Shown: positions 62,831 to 64,000 of the stretch, piece after piece | Position numbering within the stretch: position 1 is the stretch's first letter | Layout of the letters: every line of letters begins with the position of its first letter | Assembly: GCA_010093605.1 (NCBI GenBank) | Contig: MU004182.1 | Span: 1 to 64,000, forward strand | Length of the DNA stretch: 64,000 bases | Direction of reading: 5' to 3' | Origin: Lophium mytilinum | Taxonomy: Eukaryota | Program-made: the position numbers and the translations under genes | The notes under the pieces: model-generated | The model's database searches: none | Seen by the model: only the letters and a program-made list of their open reading frames with translations | Told to the model about the DNA's origin: nothing

Positions 62831-63152
62831 TGCTAGGGAGCGCCTATTAGAGGAGGGGTGAAAAGTGGAAGGATTGTGAGCAGCGTCAAGTTCAGGTACT
62901 AGTGATGAACTGTAGGCTTAGGAGCATTGAAACAACGTAGCCTACCGACATATTTAGACTAGCCTCTCAACCTAGAAGCCGCCCCACCATCAACATCATT
63001 CTTAACTTGAAGCCCAGCAGCCACCCGTCATGGTTACCAAAGATTTCTTGTATGGTTCTGCTATTGATCGCGTACGGAGATGGTGGGATGGACGTGAACC
63101 TATGAGAGGCTTCCTACTCCATCACCAAGAGCCGGTCACGCAAATCCACAAT

Positions 63153-64000
63153 ATGTTGGTCTAACATGATACCCGCCAGGCTTACTTCTTCACCGTGTCT
63201 CTCTCGAGTTTCCTAGACCTGCTCGATAACCTCCCTCGGTTAGCGTCTCGAAAGCAATACAGCAATTACCTTGCTGAACGTGTTCTCGAAAATATATTGC
63301 CAGCAGAGCTACGTGTAGTAGTCGCAGATTTGCTCCAGCAGCAAGACACCGATGCTATCCTCGATGAGCAAAATGATGAATCAAAACATCCTGCCGGGTA
63401 CGCCAAGCTTTTCGACCTAATTCGTGGTTGGCGTTGGCCAGATAGAACTGCGTTTTGGAAATACAGTATCCCGGAGATAATGACCCTTAGGGGGGAGATC
63501 GCCGTAAGTCTCATATCTCCTCATCTTGTCGCTTCTTTAGTACCAAAAAAGGCCCATACTAGCACCTCTGTGTTCGCAATTGACTTGACTCGGTACTGTC
63601 GATAGAAATGAAGGGTTGTCTCGGCATTCGCTCGCTGGCATAGAACAAGAGAAAGGGCCCATTGCTGAATTATACCCTAAACAATGGTTTCGGAAAGATG
63701 TCGTATTCGTTGAGCTGTTGGTCCCGCGCAATGATCTTCTGGCACCAACTTCCTATATCGGCTGCTTCAGCAAGGTTTTGATTTCTGGTACTGGTTCCAT
63801 GCTCTTCTCCCTACAGTCTTGGACCCCGACGTAATTCCTGCCGAGAAACCTTGCGAATGTTCCCTATGCAAGAACGACTCCGCGGAAGAGTGGACGCGGC
63901 AGTTGAGCGACATTTCCAGTCCGCAGGACCCTGGGCTTGCTCCACTGCCGTACGCGCATCCAAACAGCATGGTACAGCAGCTCCATACGCTCCTGCGAAG
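63153..64000 (+). pseudogene. disrupted hypothetical gene (runs off window)
   Basis: ATG 63153 MLV*HDTRQAYFFTVSLSSF... in frame with the 136-aa ORF (ILPAELRVVVADLL); further stops at ~63603-63611. Confidence 0.5.

Noticed and set aside
8330..63970. Numerous antisense/alternate-frame ORFs in the ORF track
   Set aside because: Shadows of GC-rich real coding exons, with low-complexity Arg/Pro/Ser translations.

Overview
Eukaryotic DNA from a filamentous ascomycete fungus (short GT-AG introns with CTRAC branch points; RIP signature; probably a Dothideomycete, which is inference). Positions 1-~8260 are AT-rich, RIP-degenerated repeat DNA with two N gaps. From ~8.3 kb the window is gene-dense. There is a conserved core block (PRI2, PHO13, APE4, CDH1) and, further on, an arylsulfotransferase-like gene, a GH3 beta-glucosidase, an MGMT, an SDR and two Zn2Cys6 factors. 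These are interleaved with lineage-specific, secreted, F-box-like and partly broken genes. Most notable: (i) a 113-bp tandem duplication that creates a new in-frame micro-exon plus intron in a secreted-protein gene; (ii) a 5-exon, 28-Cys modular secreted protein not resolved by the ORF track; (iii) an intronless two-repeat orphan at the RIP border; (iv) two back-to-back 5'-truncated genes at the edge of a decaying oxidoreductase/TF cluster; (v) a diverged F-box paralog pair with a conserved C-x2-C-x8-C-x-H motif flanking MGMT; (vi) a Kex2-type peptide precursor; (vii) several RIP-type nonsense codons in single-copy-looking genes. Exon boundaries were read by eye and no database searches were run.
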